Below are positions 11,458 to 22,295 of a stretch of DNA of 64,000 bases, in pieces. The position numbers and the translations under genes were made by a program. Below the pieces are notes generated by a model. That model was not told the DNA's origin. It saw only the letters and a list, made by a program, of their open reading frames with translations, and did not search any database. Source of the stretch: Terricaulis sp. (GTDB lineage Bacteria; Pseudomonadota; Alphaproteobacteria; Caulobacterales; Aquidulcibacteraceae); NCBI GenBank assembly GCA_024707365.1, contig JANPZV010000002.1, forward strand, positions 80,558 through 144,557, read 5' to 3'. Position 1 is the stretch's first letter; each line of letters starts with the position of its first letter.

Positions 11458-12366
11458 ATGCGCATGGACAACCAACGCCAGTCAGACAATTTCCGCGATC
11501 GCGGCTCGGGCCGCGGCGGCGGTGGCGGCGGTGTTGGCGGCGGCGCGCTGTTTGCGATTATCAGCCGGCTCGGTATTCGCGGCGCGTTGCTGGCCGGGCT
11601 TGTGCTGTTAGGCGTCTATTTCTTTGTGCCGGGCATGCGCGCGCCTTTGATGGGCATGCTGGGCATGGGCGGCGGGGAGGTGCAGAGCGCAGGCCAAGTG
11701 TGCGATACCCAGCAGGCGGCGTGCGTGTTCTCTTCGCAAGTTTTGGCCTCCACCGAAGATGTGTGGCGGCAGCAATTTGCTCAAGGCCGGCTGCCGAATT
11801 ACGGCTCAAACCCTGGCGCTTATCGCGATCCTGAGCTGCACGTGTTTTCCGGCGCGGTGACGACAGGCTGCGGCAACGCCGATTCCAATATCGGGCCCTT
11901 CTACTGCCCGGCAGACAGCAATCTTTATATCGACCCGAGCTTCTATCAGACGATGGAAACGCGCCTGAATGCGCCCGGCGATTTCGCCCAGGCCTATGTG
12001 ATCGCGCACGAGGTTGGCCACCACATTCAGAACCTGATCGGCTCGATGCGCCGGCCCATGCCGGGCGAGACCGACAACCAGGTTTCCGTGCGCACTGAGC
12101 TTCAGGCCGATTGCTTCGCCGGCGTGTGGGGCCACAGCGCCCAAGCGGACCTGCACATCAGTGAAGCGGATCTGCGCGAGGCGTTGAACGCCGCCCACGC
12201 AATTGGCGATGACACGCTGCAACGCCAAAGCCAGGGCCATGTGAACCCCAACCAATTCTCGCACGGCTCAAGCGCCCAGCGCATGAAATGGTTCCGCCGC
12301 GGCTTCGACACGGGCGACGCGCGCCAGTGCGACACGTTTGCGGTTTCGCGCTACGCTGATCTCTGA
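11458..12366 (+). CDS. Neutral zinc metallopeptidase (YpfJ family)
   Basis: GPFYCPAD, AHEVGHHIQ (HExxH), ELQADCFAG and HGSSAQRMKWF motifs. Confidence 0.92.
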   Translation: MRMDNQRQSDNFRDRGSGRGGGGGGVGGGALFAIISRLGIRGALLAGLVLLGVYFFVPGMRAPLMGMLGMGGGEVQSAGQVCDTQQAACVFSSQVLASTEDVWRQQFAQGRLPNYGSNPGAYRDPELHVFSGAVTTGCGNADSNIGPFYCPADSNLYIDPSFYQTMETRLNAPGDFAQAYVIAHEVGHHIQNLIGSMRRPMPGETDNQVSVRTELQADCFAGVWGHSAQADLHISEADLREALNAAHAIGDDTLQRQSQGHVNPNQFSHGSSAQRMKWFRRGFDTGDARQCDTFAVSRYADL

Positions 12367-12420
12367 TCAAAAGCGATTGAGGCTTGGGTCGGGTAGCGCC
12401 TCGATCCAAGCCTTGGCCGT

Positions 12421-12469
12421 CTAAAGCAACGGACTTCGTGTGGGTCGCATTTAAGTCCCGACGCTTTAA
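12421..12469. repeat. Chimeric short copy of the CTAAAGC element (type B end joined to type A end)
   Basis: CTAAAGCAACGGACTT matches 25962-25977. GTGTGGGTCGCATTTAAGTCCCGACGCTTTA is the reverse complement of 3712-3742. Supplies the LysR stop. Confidence 0.8.
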
Positions 12470-13356
12470 GGCTTCCAATCCGCTGCTTGCTCGATCAGGA
12501 ATTGGCGGAAGGCGGAGATGCGCTTTGAGCGCTTCAGATCGCTTGGATAGATGAAATAGACCTCAAAGCTCGGCCCAATCACGTCGGGCAGCACTTTCAC
12601 GAGATGCGGGCTCTCGCGCGCCATGTAATCGGGCACGCTGGCGATGCCAAAGCCGCTCTCCACCGCGCGCAACATGCCGTAGACATTATTGATTTCCAGC
12701 AGCGGCGGGCGGGGCTTTGCATCCTCGCGCCCGGCGCGCTGGGCCCAATCGAGCTCACGCATCGGCGTTGGGATATTGGCCTGGTAGGCGATGATGCGAT
12801 GATGATCGAGATCATCGACATGTTTGGGCGCGCCGTGGCGCTTGATGTAATCGCTTGAGGCGTAAAGGCTGACGGTGACGTCGAGCAATTTGCGCTGGAT
12901 AAGATCGGCGTGCGTGGCCGCCCACAGCCGGATCGCGCATTCCGCTTCAAGCTTAAGCAGATCGTATTCGCGGTCATCGAGCATAATCTGCAGGCGCGTT
13001 TCTGGATAGGAATCCGCAAAATGCGAAAGGCGCGGGGCAAGCCAGGTCGAGCCGAACGCCACCGGCGCTGTGACCTTCAAATCCCCGATTACCTTCTCGC
13101 GCGCATCTTTCAGCGTGGATTCGGCGATCACGGCGTTGGCCGCCATTTCCCGCGTGAACTCACGCAGCGCCATGCCGGGGCCTGTCAGCAGCAGGCCGCG
13201 CGCGTGCCGTTGGAAGAGGGGCACGCCCATATCGTTCTCAAGCGCGGCGATCTGCCGGCTCACCGAGGATTGGCTCACGCCCAGCTTCTCGGCCGCTGCG
13301 GTGAGGCTTCCGGTCTCGGCGGCGAAATGGAACGTCTTGAGCTTGTCCCAATCCAT
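12466..13356 (-). CDS. LysR-family regulator, VtlR/LsrB-like
   Basis: MDWDKLKTFHFAAETGSLT...SQSSVSRQIAALE...LFQRHARGLLLT. Lies near trxB as VtlR/LsrB orthologues do. Confidence 0.88.
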   Translation of the reverse strand: MDWDKLKTFHFAAETGSLTAAAEKLGVSQSSVSRQIAALENDMGVPLFQRHARGLLLTGPGMALREFTREMAANAVIAESTLKDAREKVIGDLKVTAPVAFGSTWLAPRLSHFADSYPETRLQIMLDDREYDLLKLEAECAIRLWAATHADLIQRKLLDVTVSLYASSDYIKRHGAPKHVDDLDHHRIIAYQANIPTPMRELDWAQRAGREDAKPRPPLLEINNVYGMLRAVESGFGIASVPDYMARESPHLVKVLPDVIGPSFEVYFIYPSDLKRSKRISAFRQFLIEQAADWKP

Positions 13357-13393
13357 TGAACTCACGGCGCTCTCCCAGGCGCCCAAGCGCGGC

Positions 13394-13418
13394 GCTATGC
13401 AATGCAATATTGCATAGC
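13394..13418. promoter_or_regulatory. Perfect 10-5-10 inverted repeat, probable operator between the LysR gene and mscS
   Basis: GCTATGCAAT-GCAAT-ATTGCATAGC in a 100-bp divergent intergenic region. Confidence 0.65.
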
Positions 13419-13456
13419 TCTGCGACGCGGTCGATAGAGAAGGCGGAGGTGGCTGG

Positions 13457-14471
13457 ATGCGGCTTGAGGATATTGGCGCCATCGAATTGCTGCGCCTTGG
13501 CAATTCGACCCTGACCATTGGCGGCCTGATCGCGGGCGCCGTGCTGATGACGGGGTTCGCGCTCGCGGCCTATCTGATCGGCTCTGCGTTGCGGCGCCTG
13601 CGCCTGCGCACGCGCGAGGGCAGCACGGCGCTTTTCATCGCTGAGAAGGTGCTGGCCTACGGGCTTGTCGTGCTCGGCATTGTCGCGGCGCTGTCGAGCC
13701 TTGGGCTTGATCTGTCTTCTGTGGCCGTGTTCGCGGGCGCGTTGGGCGTGGGGCTTGGGCTTGGGCTCCAAGGCATCGTCAAGGAATTCGTGTCCGGGCT
13801 GGTGCTTGTTTTCGATCGCGCCGTGCAGATGGGCGATTATATCGAATTGCAAGATGGCACGCGCGGGGTGGTGCAAGAGATCGGCCCGCGCGCCACGCGC
13901 GTGCGCAACAATGATAACGTCTACCTGCTCGTGCCCAATTCGCAGCTGATCGAAACCACCATGATCAATTGGACGCGGCGCGCGGGAGACACGGCGCATC
14001 CATGTGCCGTTCCATGTCGCGCTCGGCGCCGACAAGGAGAAGGTGCGCGAAGCTGTGATCGAGGCCGCGCGCGAAGTGCCGTTCACGCTGGCCGATACCG
14101 AAGATCGGCGCACGCAAGTCTGGCTCGTCGGCTATGGCAGATCTTCGCTCAATTTTGAGCTGATCGTTTGGCCTAAGCTGGATGCGGTGAAGCGGCCCAA
14201 GGCAATGATCGCCGCCTACACCTGGGCGATTGACGACGCGCTGCGCAAAGCACGCGTGGAAATCCCGATCCCACAGCGCGATATCCGCGTGCGCGCGATT
14301 TTTGGCGAAGAGGGCGACGCCGCGCGCGACACGCTGCGCCTGGAGCGCTCGCGCCCCTCATATGAAGCGGCCGCGCACACCACGGTCAATGACGCCGCCG
14401 AAGATCTGTTGCGCGCCGATCCGCCTGAAGATGAGCCGGAAAACCCGCGGCCAGCAGACGCGGCGCGTTAA
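13457..14471 (+). CDS. Small-conductance mechanosensitive channel (MscS family; apparent frameshift ~13985)
   Basis: GALGVGLGLGLQGIVKEFVSG, GDYIE and VPNSQLI...INWT motifs. C-terminal half in ORF 14004-14471 (EIPIPQRDI). Confidence 0.85.
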
Positions 14472-15445
14472 GCGGCCGCGCCGGCTTTGGCGCGATCTTG
14501 CTCCGCCGCGGCGAGGAAGCGCTCGGCTTCCAGCGCCGCCATGCAGCCAAAGCCGGCGGCCGTGACGGCCTGGCGATAGGTTTCATCGGCCACATCGCCG
14601 GCGGCGAACACGCCGGGGATGTTCGTTTCCGTCGTGCCCGGCTTGACGATAATATAGCCGCTCTCGCGCATGGCGACTTGGCCTTTGAAAATTTCCGTCG
14701 CCGGCTGATGGCCGATGGCGACGAACACGCCATCTGTGCTGCGTTCCTCTTGCGCGCCGGTTTTCACGTTTTTCAGCACCACGCCCGTCACGCCAAGCGG
14801 CTCGCCACCGCCGAGGATGTCAACCAGTTCGCTATCCCACACCATCTCCACGCGCGGATTGGCGAACAGCCGCTCCTGCAGCACTTTCTCGGCGCGCAGA
14901 TGATCGCGGCGATGCACCAGCGTCACCTTGCTGGCGAGGTGCGACAGATAAAGCGCTTCCTCCACCGCCGTATTGCCGCCGCCGATGACGACGACCTCTT
15001 TGCCGCGATAGAAGAAGCCATCGCATGTCGCGCATGCCGAAACGCCAAAGCCTTGGAATTTCTGCTCGCCCGGCAGGCCCAACCATTTGGCTTGCGCGCC
15101 GGTGGCGATGACAAGCGCATCCGCCAGATAGACTTGCCCGCTATCGCCCGTGAGCCGGAACGGGCGCTGGCCGAGTTCGGCTTTGACGATCACGTCGTGC
15201 GCGATCTCGGTCCCGACATGCAGCGCCTGGGCGCGCATCTGCTCCATCAGCCAGGGGCCTTGGATCGTGTCCGCAAAGCCGGGATAGTTCTCAACGTCCG
15301 TGGTGATCGTGAGCTGCCCGCCGGGCTGAAGCCCCGCAATCAGCAGCGGTTTCCGCAGCGCCCGCGCGGCGTAGATCGCCGCCGTATACCCAGCCGGCCC
15401 CGAGCCGATGATGATAATGGGCGCGTGTCGGGCGGTGTCAGACAT
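14468..15445 (-). CDS. trxB: Thioredoxin reductase
   Basis: IIGSGPAGYTAAIY, CATCDG, GGGNTAVEEA and YRQAVTAAG motifs. Confidence 0.98.
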   Translation of the reverse strand: MSDTARHAPIIIIGSGPAGYTAAIYAARALRKPLLIAGLQPGGQLTITTDVENYPGFADTIQGPWLMEQMRAQALHVGTEIAHDVIVKAELGQRPFRLTGDSGQVYLADALVIATGAQAKWLGLPGEQKFQGFGVSACATCDGFFYRGKEVVVIGGGNTAVEEALYLSHLASKVTLVHRRDHLRAEKVLQERLFANPRVEMVWDSELVDILGGGEPLGVTGVVLKNVKTGAQEERSTDGVFVAIGHQPATEIFKGQVAMRESGYIIVKPGTTETNIPGVFAAGDVADETYRQAVTAAGFGCMAALEAERFLAAAEQDRAKAGAAA

Positions 15446-15579
15446 CAAAAAAGCCTTCGGCTGAGAATCGGAAAGGCCAATATGGCTATTGCCGGCCGGG
15501 ATCGTAACCCTGTGATTTGCGCCCGCCGCCGAGGTGGATAAAGTATCTCGGCCTTTTGAGTTCCAATACTGGCGGGCGG

Positions 15580-15948
15580 GTGAAGCACTTGAATAAGCGG
15601 CTTAAAATCTTGGTAGTGGAGGATGACGCGCTTATCGCCATGGAATTGGGCGAGCGGCTCGACGAGATGGGCTACGCCGTCATCGGCCCGGCCATGACCT
15701 TGGCGGACGCCGAGGCCGCCGCCGCGGCGGAAGAGCGCCCGGACGCGGCTTTGCTCGACGCCAATCTCGCCGGCCAATCGAGCGTCAGCGTGGGGGTGGC
15801 GCTGGTGGCGCGGGGTGTGCCGGTGGCGTTCTGCACCGGCTATGACGAAATCAAGAATTTGCCGTCCGAGTTGCAATCAGCGCCCTTGCTCACCAAGCCA
15901 GTGAGCGATGAGCGCCTCATGGCGGCGCTCCGCAACATGCTTGGCTAG
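15580..15948 (+). CDS. Single-domain response regulator (FATGUY-like motif)
   Basis: ILVVEDD, ALLDANL, VPVAFCTGY and LTKP motifs. Start uncertain (GTG 15580). Confidence 0.85.
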   Translation: MKHLNKRLKILVVEDDALIAMELGERLDEMGYAVIGPAMTLADAEAAAAAEERPDAALLDANLAGQSSVSVGVALVARGVPVAFCTGYDEIKNLPSELQSAPLLTKPVSDERLMAALRNMLG

Positions 15949-16835
15949 GCCGCTGCGCCGGTTTGGCGCAGCTTCTTGGCCACCATGACGCCGAGCTGTT
16001 GGGTCACTGTTTGGCGCAATTCGATCTGATAGTTCGGCAATTGCACAAGCTGCAGCAGCGCATCGATATGCGCCTGCACGACGTCCGCGCCGAGCTTGCC
16101 CGCCACGACGCAGCCATCGACGTAATTATGCAGCGAACTTGAAGCGGCCTGAATCATCGGCTCGCCCATGGTGAGGGCGTAGTTTTTCAGCTCAGCGCAC
16201 GCGCTGCGGATGCCCTCGATCGCGCCAGCGTCGCTGGCGTCGAGCGCGCGCAGCAGGGCCGCGATCTGATCGATCTGCTTGCGCGCAACCTTCTTGTGGC
16301 GCTGCAATTCGGGCGCATCGGCCTGGTTTTTCTTTTCCGCGTCACGGCGCTTGGGGCCGATATAGTGCTCGTCGTTCCGGCGGCGGCGGCAGGGGCCGAG
16401 ATAGTGCACGCTCTCGATAAAGTCGCGTTTGTGGTCGCGCACTTCCTTGGCGCGGCGCGTTAAAATCGAGGTGGAGAAGGGCCGCAGCACAAACTCATCC
16501 ACGCCCGCATTGCGCGCCTCACGAACGGCCTGTTCGGTATTGCGTGTCGTGACCATGACGATCGGGGTTGCGCGCGCCTCATCGCCGGCTTCGCCGCGGC
16601 GGATGCGGCGCACCAGATCAAGCCCTTTGCCGCCCTCGATATCCCAATCTGTCACCAGCATGTCCGGTTGGGCGCTGGCCAGCATGAGCAGGCAATCCTC
16701 GGCGCTTTCGGCGTAGTCGAAGGAAAGATCGCGCACCGCGCGCAGCGTCTCAGCAATGAGGCGGCGCTGGAACTGGCGATCTTCGACCACCATGATCCGC
16801 AGCTTTTTTTCGTCGTCGTCTTCTTCGGTGCTCAT
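15945..16835 (-). CDS. CheY-like receiver with Arg-rich c-di-GMP-binding region (Cle-like) and helical C-terminal domain
   Basis: Receiver (VVED, VTDW) followed by YLGPCRRRR...YIGPKRRD tandem motifs. Confidence 0.75.
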   Translation of the reverse strand: MSTEEDDDEKKLRIMVVEDRQFQRRLIAETLRAVRDLSFDYAESAEDCLLMLASAQPDMLVTDWDIEGGKGLDLVRRIRRGEAGDEARATPIVMVTTRNTEQAVREARNAGVDEFVLRPFSTSILTRRAKEVRDHKRDFIESVHYLGPCRRRRNDEHYIGPKRRDAEKKNQADAPELQRHKKVARKQIDQIAALLRALDASDAGAIEGIRSACAELKNYALTMGEPMIQAASSSLHNYVDGCVVAGKLGADVVQAHIDALLQLVQLPNYQIELRQTVTQQLGVMVAKKLRQTGAAA

Positions 16836-16933
16836 CGTCGCCCGCCAACCGTGTCTCATGCTGGTAGCAGGCGCTGCTTGATATTAAGCTAAATCGCAGC
16901 GTTAACGGCTGGTGAATCGGTTAAGAGCATTTC

Positions 16934-17578
16934 ATGGATCCGCTGTTTCTCGCCGTCTTCGTGACCTTCTTCGTCGCCATTGACCCCATCGCCATGGCGC
17001 CGATGTTCACGACCATGACCGCGCGCATGAGCCCGGCCTGGCGGCGCAAAATGGCGCTCAAATCCATCGCCATCGCCACCGGCATCCTCTTGGCGTTCGC
17101 GTTCGGCGGGGCATGGCTGCTGGCGCAAATCCATGTCTCGATCGACGCTTTCCGTATCGCGGGCGGGCTTTTGCTGTTCCTGATCGCGGTGGACATGCTG
17201 TTTGAGAAGCGCGCCGAGCGGCGGGACGAGCGGGCCGAGAAAGTGGCCGCCCAGCAGGCCGAGCATCCCGAGCATCAGGACGATATCTCCGTCTTTCCGC
17301 TGGCCATTCCGCTGATCGCCGGGCCGGGGGCGATCGCCTCGATCATGCTGTTCTTCGCTGAGCATCCGGGCTTGCCGGAGCGGGCGATGATCCTGTTGGG
17401 CGTCGGGGCCAATTTGGCGCTGTGCCTGGCCGCGTTCCTGGCCGCTGGCCCGCTCTCGCGCCTGATGGGGCAGACGGTGGCTTCGATGCTCACCCGCATT
17501 TTCGGCATCCTGCTGGCGGCGCTGGCGGCGCAATTTGTCGTGGACGGGGTCCGCAACGCGTTTGGCATCGCTGGGTAG
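16934..17578 (+). CDS. MarC family membrane protein
   Basis: IDPI, AFRIAGGLLLF, SVFPLAIPLIAGPGAI and TRIFGILLAALA motifs. Confidence 0.93.
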   Translation: MDPLFLAVFVTFFVAIDPIAMAPMFTTMTARMSPAWRRKMALKSIAIATGILLAFAFGGAWLLAQIHVSIDAFRIAGGLLLFLIAVDMLFEKRAERRDERAEKVAAQQAEHPEHQDDISVFPLAIPLIAGPGAIASIMLFFAEHPGLPERAMILLGVGANLALCLAAFLAAGPLSRLMGQTVASMLTRIFGILLAALAAQFVVDGVRNAFGIAG

Positions 17579-17636
17579 GGCAGGTCTGCGCCCGCGGATA
17601 TTGCCTTATCGTCTGAGCGCTTTATGCCCCTAGGGC

Positions 17637-19046
17637 ATGAGCACCTCTTATGACGTCATCATCATCGGTTCGGGCCCCGGCGGGTACGTGGCCGCCATCC
17701 GCGCCGCCCAGCTTGGCCTCAAAGCCGCGATCGTGGAGCGCGAGCGCTTGGGCGGCATCTGCCTCAATTGGGGCTGCATCCCCACCAAGGCGCTGCTGCG
17801 GAGCGCCGAGATGTATCGCAACGCCCAGCACGCCAAGGACTTCGGCCTCTCGATCGAGGGGCTGAAATTCGATCCCGAAGCGGTGGTGAAGCGCTCGCGC
17901 GGGGTGGCGGGGCGGATGGAAAAGGGCGTCCAATTCCTGATGAAGAAAAACAAGATCGACGTGATCGAGGGCGACGCCCGCGTCGAGAAGGGCGCAGGTG
18001 CGCCCAAAGTGATCGTCAAGGGCAAGGACGGCAAAGAGACAAGCCATCAAGCCAAGCACGTTATCCTCGCCACCGGCGCGCGGGCGCGCGAGATCCCGGC
18101 GGCGGGCCTGAAAAGCGATGGCAAGCGCATCTGGACCTATCGCGATGCGATGACCCCGCCGCAATGGCCCGAAAGCCTGCTCGTGTTCGGCTCCGGCGCC
18201 ATCGGCATCGAGTTCGCCAGCTTCTACGCCGCCTTCGGCGTGAAGGTGACGGTGATCGAATTGCTCGACCGCGTGCTGCCGGTGGAGGACGAGGAAATCT
18301 CCGCCTTCGCCAAAAAACGCTTCGAGAAAGAGGGGCTCACTATTCGCACCTCCACCGAAGCCAAATCGCTGAAGGCGACGGCGAACGGCGTTGAGGCGCT
18401 GGTGTCCTCAAACGGCAAGGAAGAAACGCTGAAAGCCAGCCACGCCATCGTGGCCGTCGGCATTACCGGCAACATTGAGAATATCGGCCTTGAGGCGCTG
18501 GGCGTGAAAACCGAGCGCGGCCACATCGTCACCGATGGCTACGGCAAAACCAACGTGCCCGGCCTCTATGCCATCGGCGATGTCACCGGCGCGCCGTGGC
18601 TGGCGCACAAAGCGAGCCATGAGGGCATCATCTGCATCGAAGCCATCGCCGGCAAGAAGCCGCACGCGATGATCAAAGAGCGCATCCCCGGCTGCACCTA
18701 TGCGCATCCGCAAGTCGCCAGCGTCGGCCTCACCGAAGCGAAAGCCAAAGAAGCCGGCCGCGAGGTGCGCGTTGGGCGCTTTCCGTTCGTCGGCAATGGC
18801 AAGGCGATCGCGCTGGGCGAGGATCAAGGCATGGTCAAAACCGTGTTCGACGCCAAAACCGGCGAACTCCTCGGCGCGCACATGATCGGCGCCGAGGTGA
18901 CGGAGCTGATCCAGGGCTACGTCATCGCCATGAACACCGAGACGACCGAGCAGGAGCTGATGGACACGGTGTTCGCACACCCCACGCTGTCAGAAATGAT
19001 GCACGAGGCGGTGCTCGATGCGTATGGGCGCGTGCTGCACGTTTAA
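17637..19046 (+). CDS. lpdA: Dihydrolipoyl dehydrogenase
   Basis: GSGPGGYVAAIRAAQ, GGICLNWGCIPTK and HPTLSE motifs. Confidence 0.98.
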   Translation: MSTSYDVIIIGSGPGGYVAAIRAAQLGLKAAIVERERLGGICLNWGCIPTKALLRSAEMYRNAQHAKDFGLSIEGLKFDPEAVVKRSRGVAGRMEKGVQFLMKKNKIDVIEGDARVEKGAGAPKVIVKGKDGKETSHQAKHVILATGARAREIPAAGLKSDGKRIWTYRDAMTPPQWPESLLVFGSGAIGIEFASFYAAFGVKVTVIELLDRVLPVEDEEISAFAKKRFEKEGLTIRTSTEAKSLKATANGVEALVSSNGKEETLKASHAIVAVGITGNIENIGLEALGVKTERGHIVTDGYGKTNVPGLYAIGDVTGAPWLAHKASHEGIICIEAIAGKKPHAMIKERIPGCTYAHPQVASVGLTEAKAKEAGREVRVGRFPFVGNGKAIALGEDQGMVKTVFDAKTGELLGAHMIGAEVTELIQGYVIAMNTETTEQELMDTVFAHPTLSEMMHEAVLDAYGRVLHV

Positions 19047-19549
19047 GCGCGATCGCGCGTGTGCAGCATTGCGCTGGCCTGCGCGACAAGTGCGGCAACA
19101 GAATTGGCTGCATTGAGCTCGATGATGTTTTCGCGCGGCTCCGGCGGCTCAAGCGTGGCCAATTGGCTGGCGAGCAGATGCGCAGGCATGTAATGGCCAG
19201 TGCGCGCTTGCAGGCGTTGCTCCAGCGCCGTCGCATCAAGCTTAAGCCACAGAAAATCGAGTTCGCGCCCGGCAAGGCGGCGCAGATCATCGCGATAGCT
19301 CACCCGCAGCGCAGAGCAGGACAGCACCGCTCCCGTTTCGGCGCCGCGCAGCGCGTGCGCGAGCGCTTCAGGCCACGGCTGCCGATCCTCGTCCGTCAGC
19401 GCCATGCCGGCGCGCATTTTTTCCACGTTTTCTGGCGGATGGAACTGATCGCCTTCTAAGAAGGGCAGATGCATTTGCTGCGCCAGGGCCGCGCCAAGCG
19501 TGCTTTTGCCGCTGCCGCTCACGCCCATAACGACGATCCAGCGTTTCAA
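19043..19549 (-). CDS. Gluconokinase (GntK/IdnK family)
   Basis: MGVSGSGKST, GDQFHP-x-ENVEKM, LTDEDR-x-PW, CSAL and HYMP..LLASQLATLE motifs. Confidence 0.92.
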   Translation of the reverse strand: MKRWIVVMGVSGSGKSTLGAALAQQMHLPFLEGDQFHPPENVEKMRAGMALTDEDRQPWPEALAHALRGAETGAVLSCSALRVSYRDDLRRLAGRELDFLWLKLDATALEQRLQARTGHYMPAHLLASQLATLEPPEPRENIIELNAANSVAALVAQASAMLHTRDRA

Positions 19550-21114
19550 GCGGCTTTGGCTTCCGCAAACCTTTCGGCCGCCACCCTTTGCAGCGCGACA
19601 TAATCGGTCTTGCCGCTGCCGAGCACGGGGATCTCATCGATCGGCACGATGCGCTTGGGCACGGCGAGTTCGCTCGCGCCGTGTTGTTTGCACCAGGCTT
19701 GCAGCTGCTCCGCCGTCGCCTCGGCATGATCGGTAAACAGAATGATCCGTTCGCCCTTGCGAGAATCGGGCAGCGCCACGGCGGCGTGCAGATGATCGGG
19801 CCACACATGCGCCGCATAGCCCTCAACCGCGTTGAGCGACACCATCTCCCCGCCCACTTTGGCGAAGCGCTTCACCCGGCCAAGGATGGTGATGTAGCCT
19901 TCGTCGTCCACGTCCACCACATCGCCCGTATCGTGCCAGCCTTGCGGCAACAGATCGATGCCGAACGGCTTGGTCGGATCAAGATAGCCGCGCATCACGT
20001 TCGGCCCGCGCACGAACAGCTTCTTGCCGCCCTCAATGCCGGGCACAGACTCAAGCCGCCATTCGATGCCTTGCAGGAATTTGCCCACCGTGCCGTGCTT
20101 GTTGTGGCCGGGCGCGTTCACCGCGATCACAGGCGAGGCTTCAGTCGCGCCATAGCCTTCCAGCAGCTCGACATTGAAGCGGCGCTTATAAAGCTCTCGC
20201 GTTTCTTCCTTCACCCGCTCGGCCCCGCACACCATGATCTCGATGCAGGAGAGATCGCCATCCTGGGCGTTGCGCGCATATTGCTGGGCGAAGGTGTCGG
20301 TGGCGAAAAACACGTTCGCGCCGGTTTCCTTGATCAGCTTGGGGATTTCCTTCACCTGCAGCGGGGAGGGGAAGAGGAAGCATTTGTGCCCGGTGAAGAT
20401 CGGCAGCATCGCCCCGCCCGTCAGCCCGAAGCAATGAAACATCGGCAGCGGCGAAAAGAACGACCAATTCGGGTCGAACGGCATATGCGCATGCGCCTGC
20501 TCGACATTGGCGACGATGTTGGCGTGGCTGAGCGCCGCGCCCTTGGGCGTGCCGTAGGAGCCCGAGGTGAAGAGGATGACGCCGGTATCGTCGGGATTGG
20601 CTTTTGCGGCGAAGACGCGCGGAAAGAAACCCTTCACCAGCGCGATAATCTTATCGCCGAAATCGATGCTCTTTTTGATGTCTTCCAAATAGATCAGCTG
20701 CGCAAACTTGCCGAGTTCGGCTTCCAGCGCCTCGAGCTTGGCAAGTCTGATAAAGGTGCGCGATGTCAAAATCTTTCGCACATTCGCCGCCTCACAGGCG
20801 GCTTTGAGGTTCATCACCCCGGCGGTGAAATTCAGCAGCGCCGGCGTGCGGCCGATGGCGTGCAGCGCAAAGAACGTCACCGTGCAGCCAACACCCGTGG
20901 GCAGCATGATGCCCGCCGTTTCGCTTTTACGGATTTTGGTGTCGAGCTTTCCTCCGAGCGCAAACGCGGCGCGCACCACATCGTCATACGAAAGCACGCG
21001 GCGCTCGTGATCTTCGAGAATCTTGAACTTGCCGCCCTTGGCGTCCCTGGCGCGCAGCAGGGCCTCAAACAAGGTGACGCGTGAACGTGTAATGTCGAAT
21101 GGGCTTTGCGCCAT
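19546..21114 (-). CDS. AMP-binding enzyme resembling the acyl-ACP synthetase domain of Aas
   Basis: FTSGSYGTPKG, EGYGATE, WHDTGD and GRVKRFAKVGGEMVSL motifs; GGAGG RBS before ATG 21114. Confidence 0.88.
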   Translation of the reverse strand: MAQSPFDITRSRVTLFEALLRARDAKGGKFKILEDHERRVLSYDDVVRAAFALGGKLDTKIRKSETAGIMLPTGVGCTVTFFALHAIGRTPALLNFTAGVMNLKAACEAANVRKILTSRTFIRLAKLEALEAELGKFAQLIYLEDIKKSIDFGDKIIALVKGFFPRVFAAKANPDDTGVILFTSGSYGTPKGAALSHANIVANVEQAHAHMPFDPNWSFFSPLPMFHCFGLTGGAMLPIFTGHKCFLFPSPLQVKEIPKLIKETGANVFFATDTFAQQYARNAQDGDLSCIEIMVCGAERVKEETRELYKRRFNVELLEGYGATEASPVIAVNAPGHNKHGTVGKFLQGIEWRLESVPGIEGGKKLFVRGPNVMRGYLDPTKPFGIDLLPQGWHDTGDVVDVDDEGYITILGRVKRFAKVGGEMVSLNAVEGYAAHVWPDHLHAAVALPDSRKGERIILFTDHAEATAEQLQAWCKQHGASELAVPKRIVPIDEIPVLGSGKTDYVALQRVAAERFAEAKAA

Positions 21115-21317
21115 GCGAACGTGCCTCCGGACTGACCCGCCTCGCGTCCATGGGAGGAAAGACGCGGAGCCCGTGATTATTGTTTCACGGTTGTAACAGA
21201 GACTACCCAGGCCCTCACGGCAGGGCAAGGCCGCGCGCCATTAACCAGGCGCCTCCGCAGGGCTGGAATCCTGAGGCGGGCGTTGCGGCAACGCCTCGGG
21301 AACGTCATGTTCAGCCC

Positions 21318-22291
<974 letters not shown>

Positions 22292-22295
<4 letters not shown>

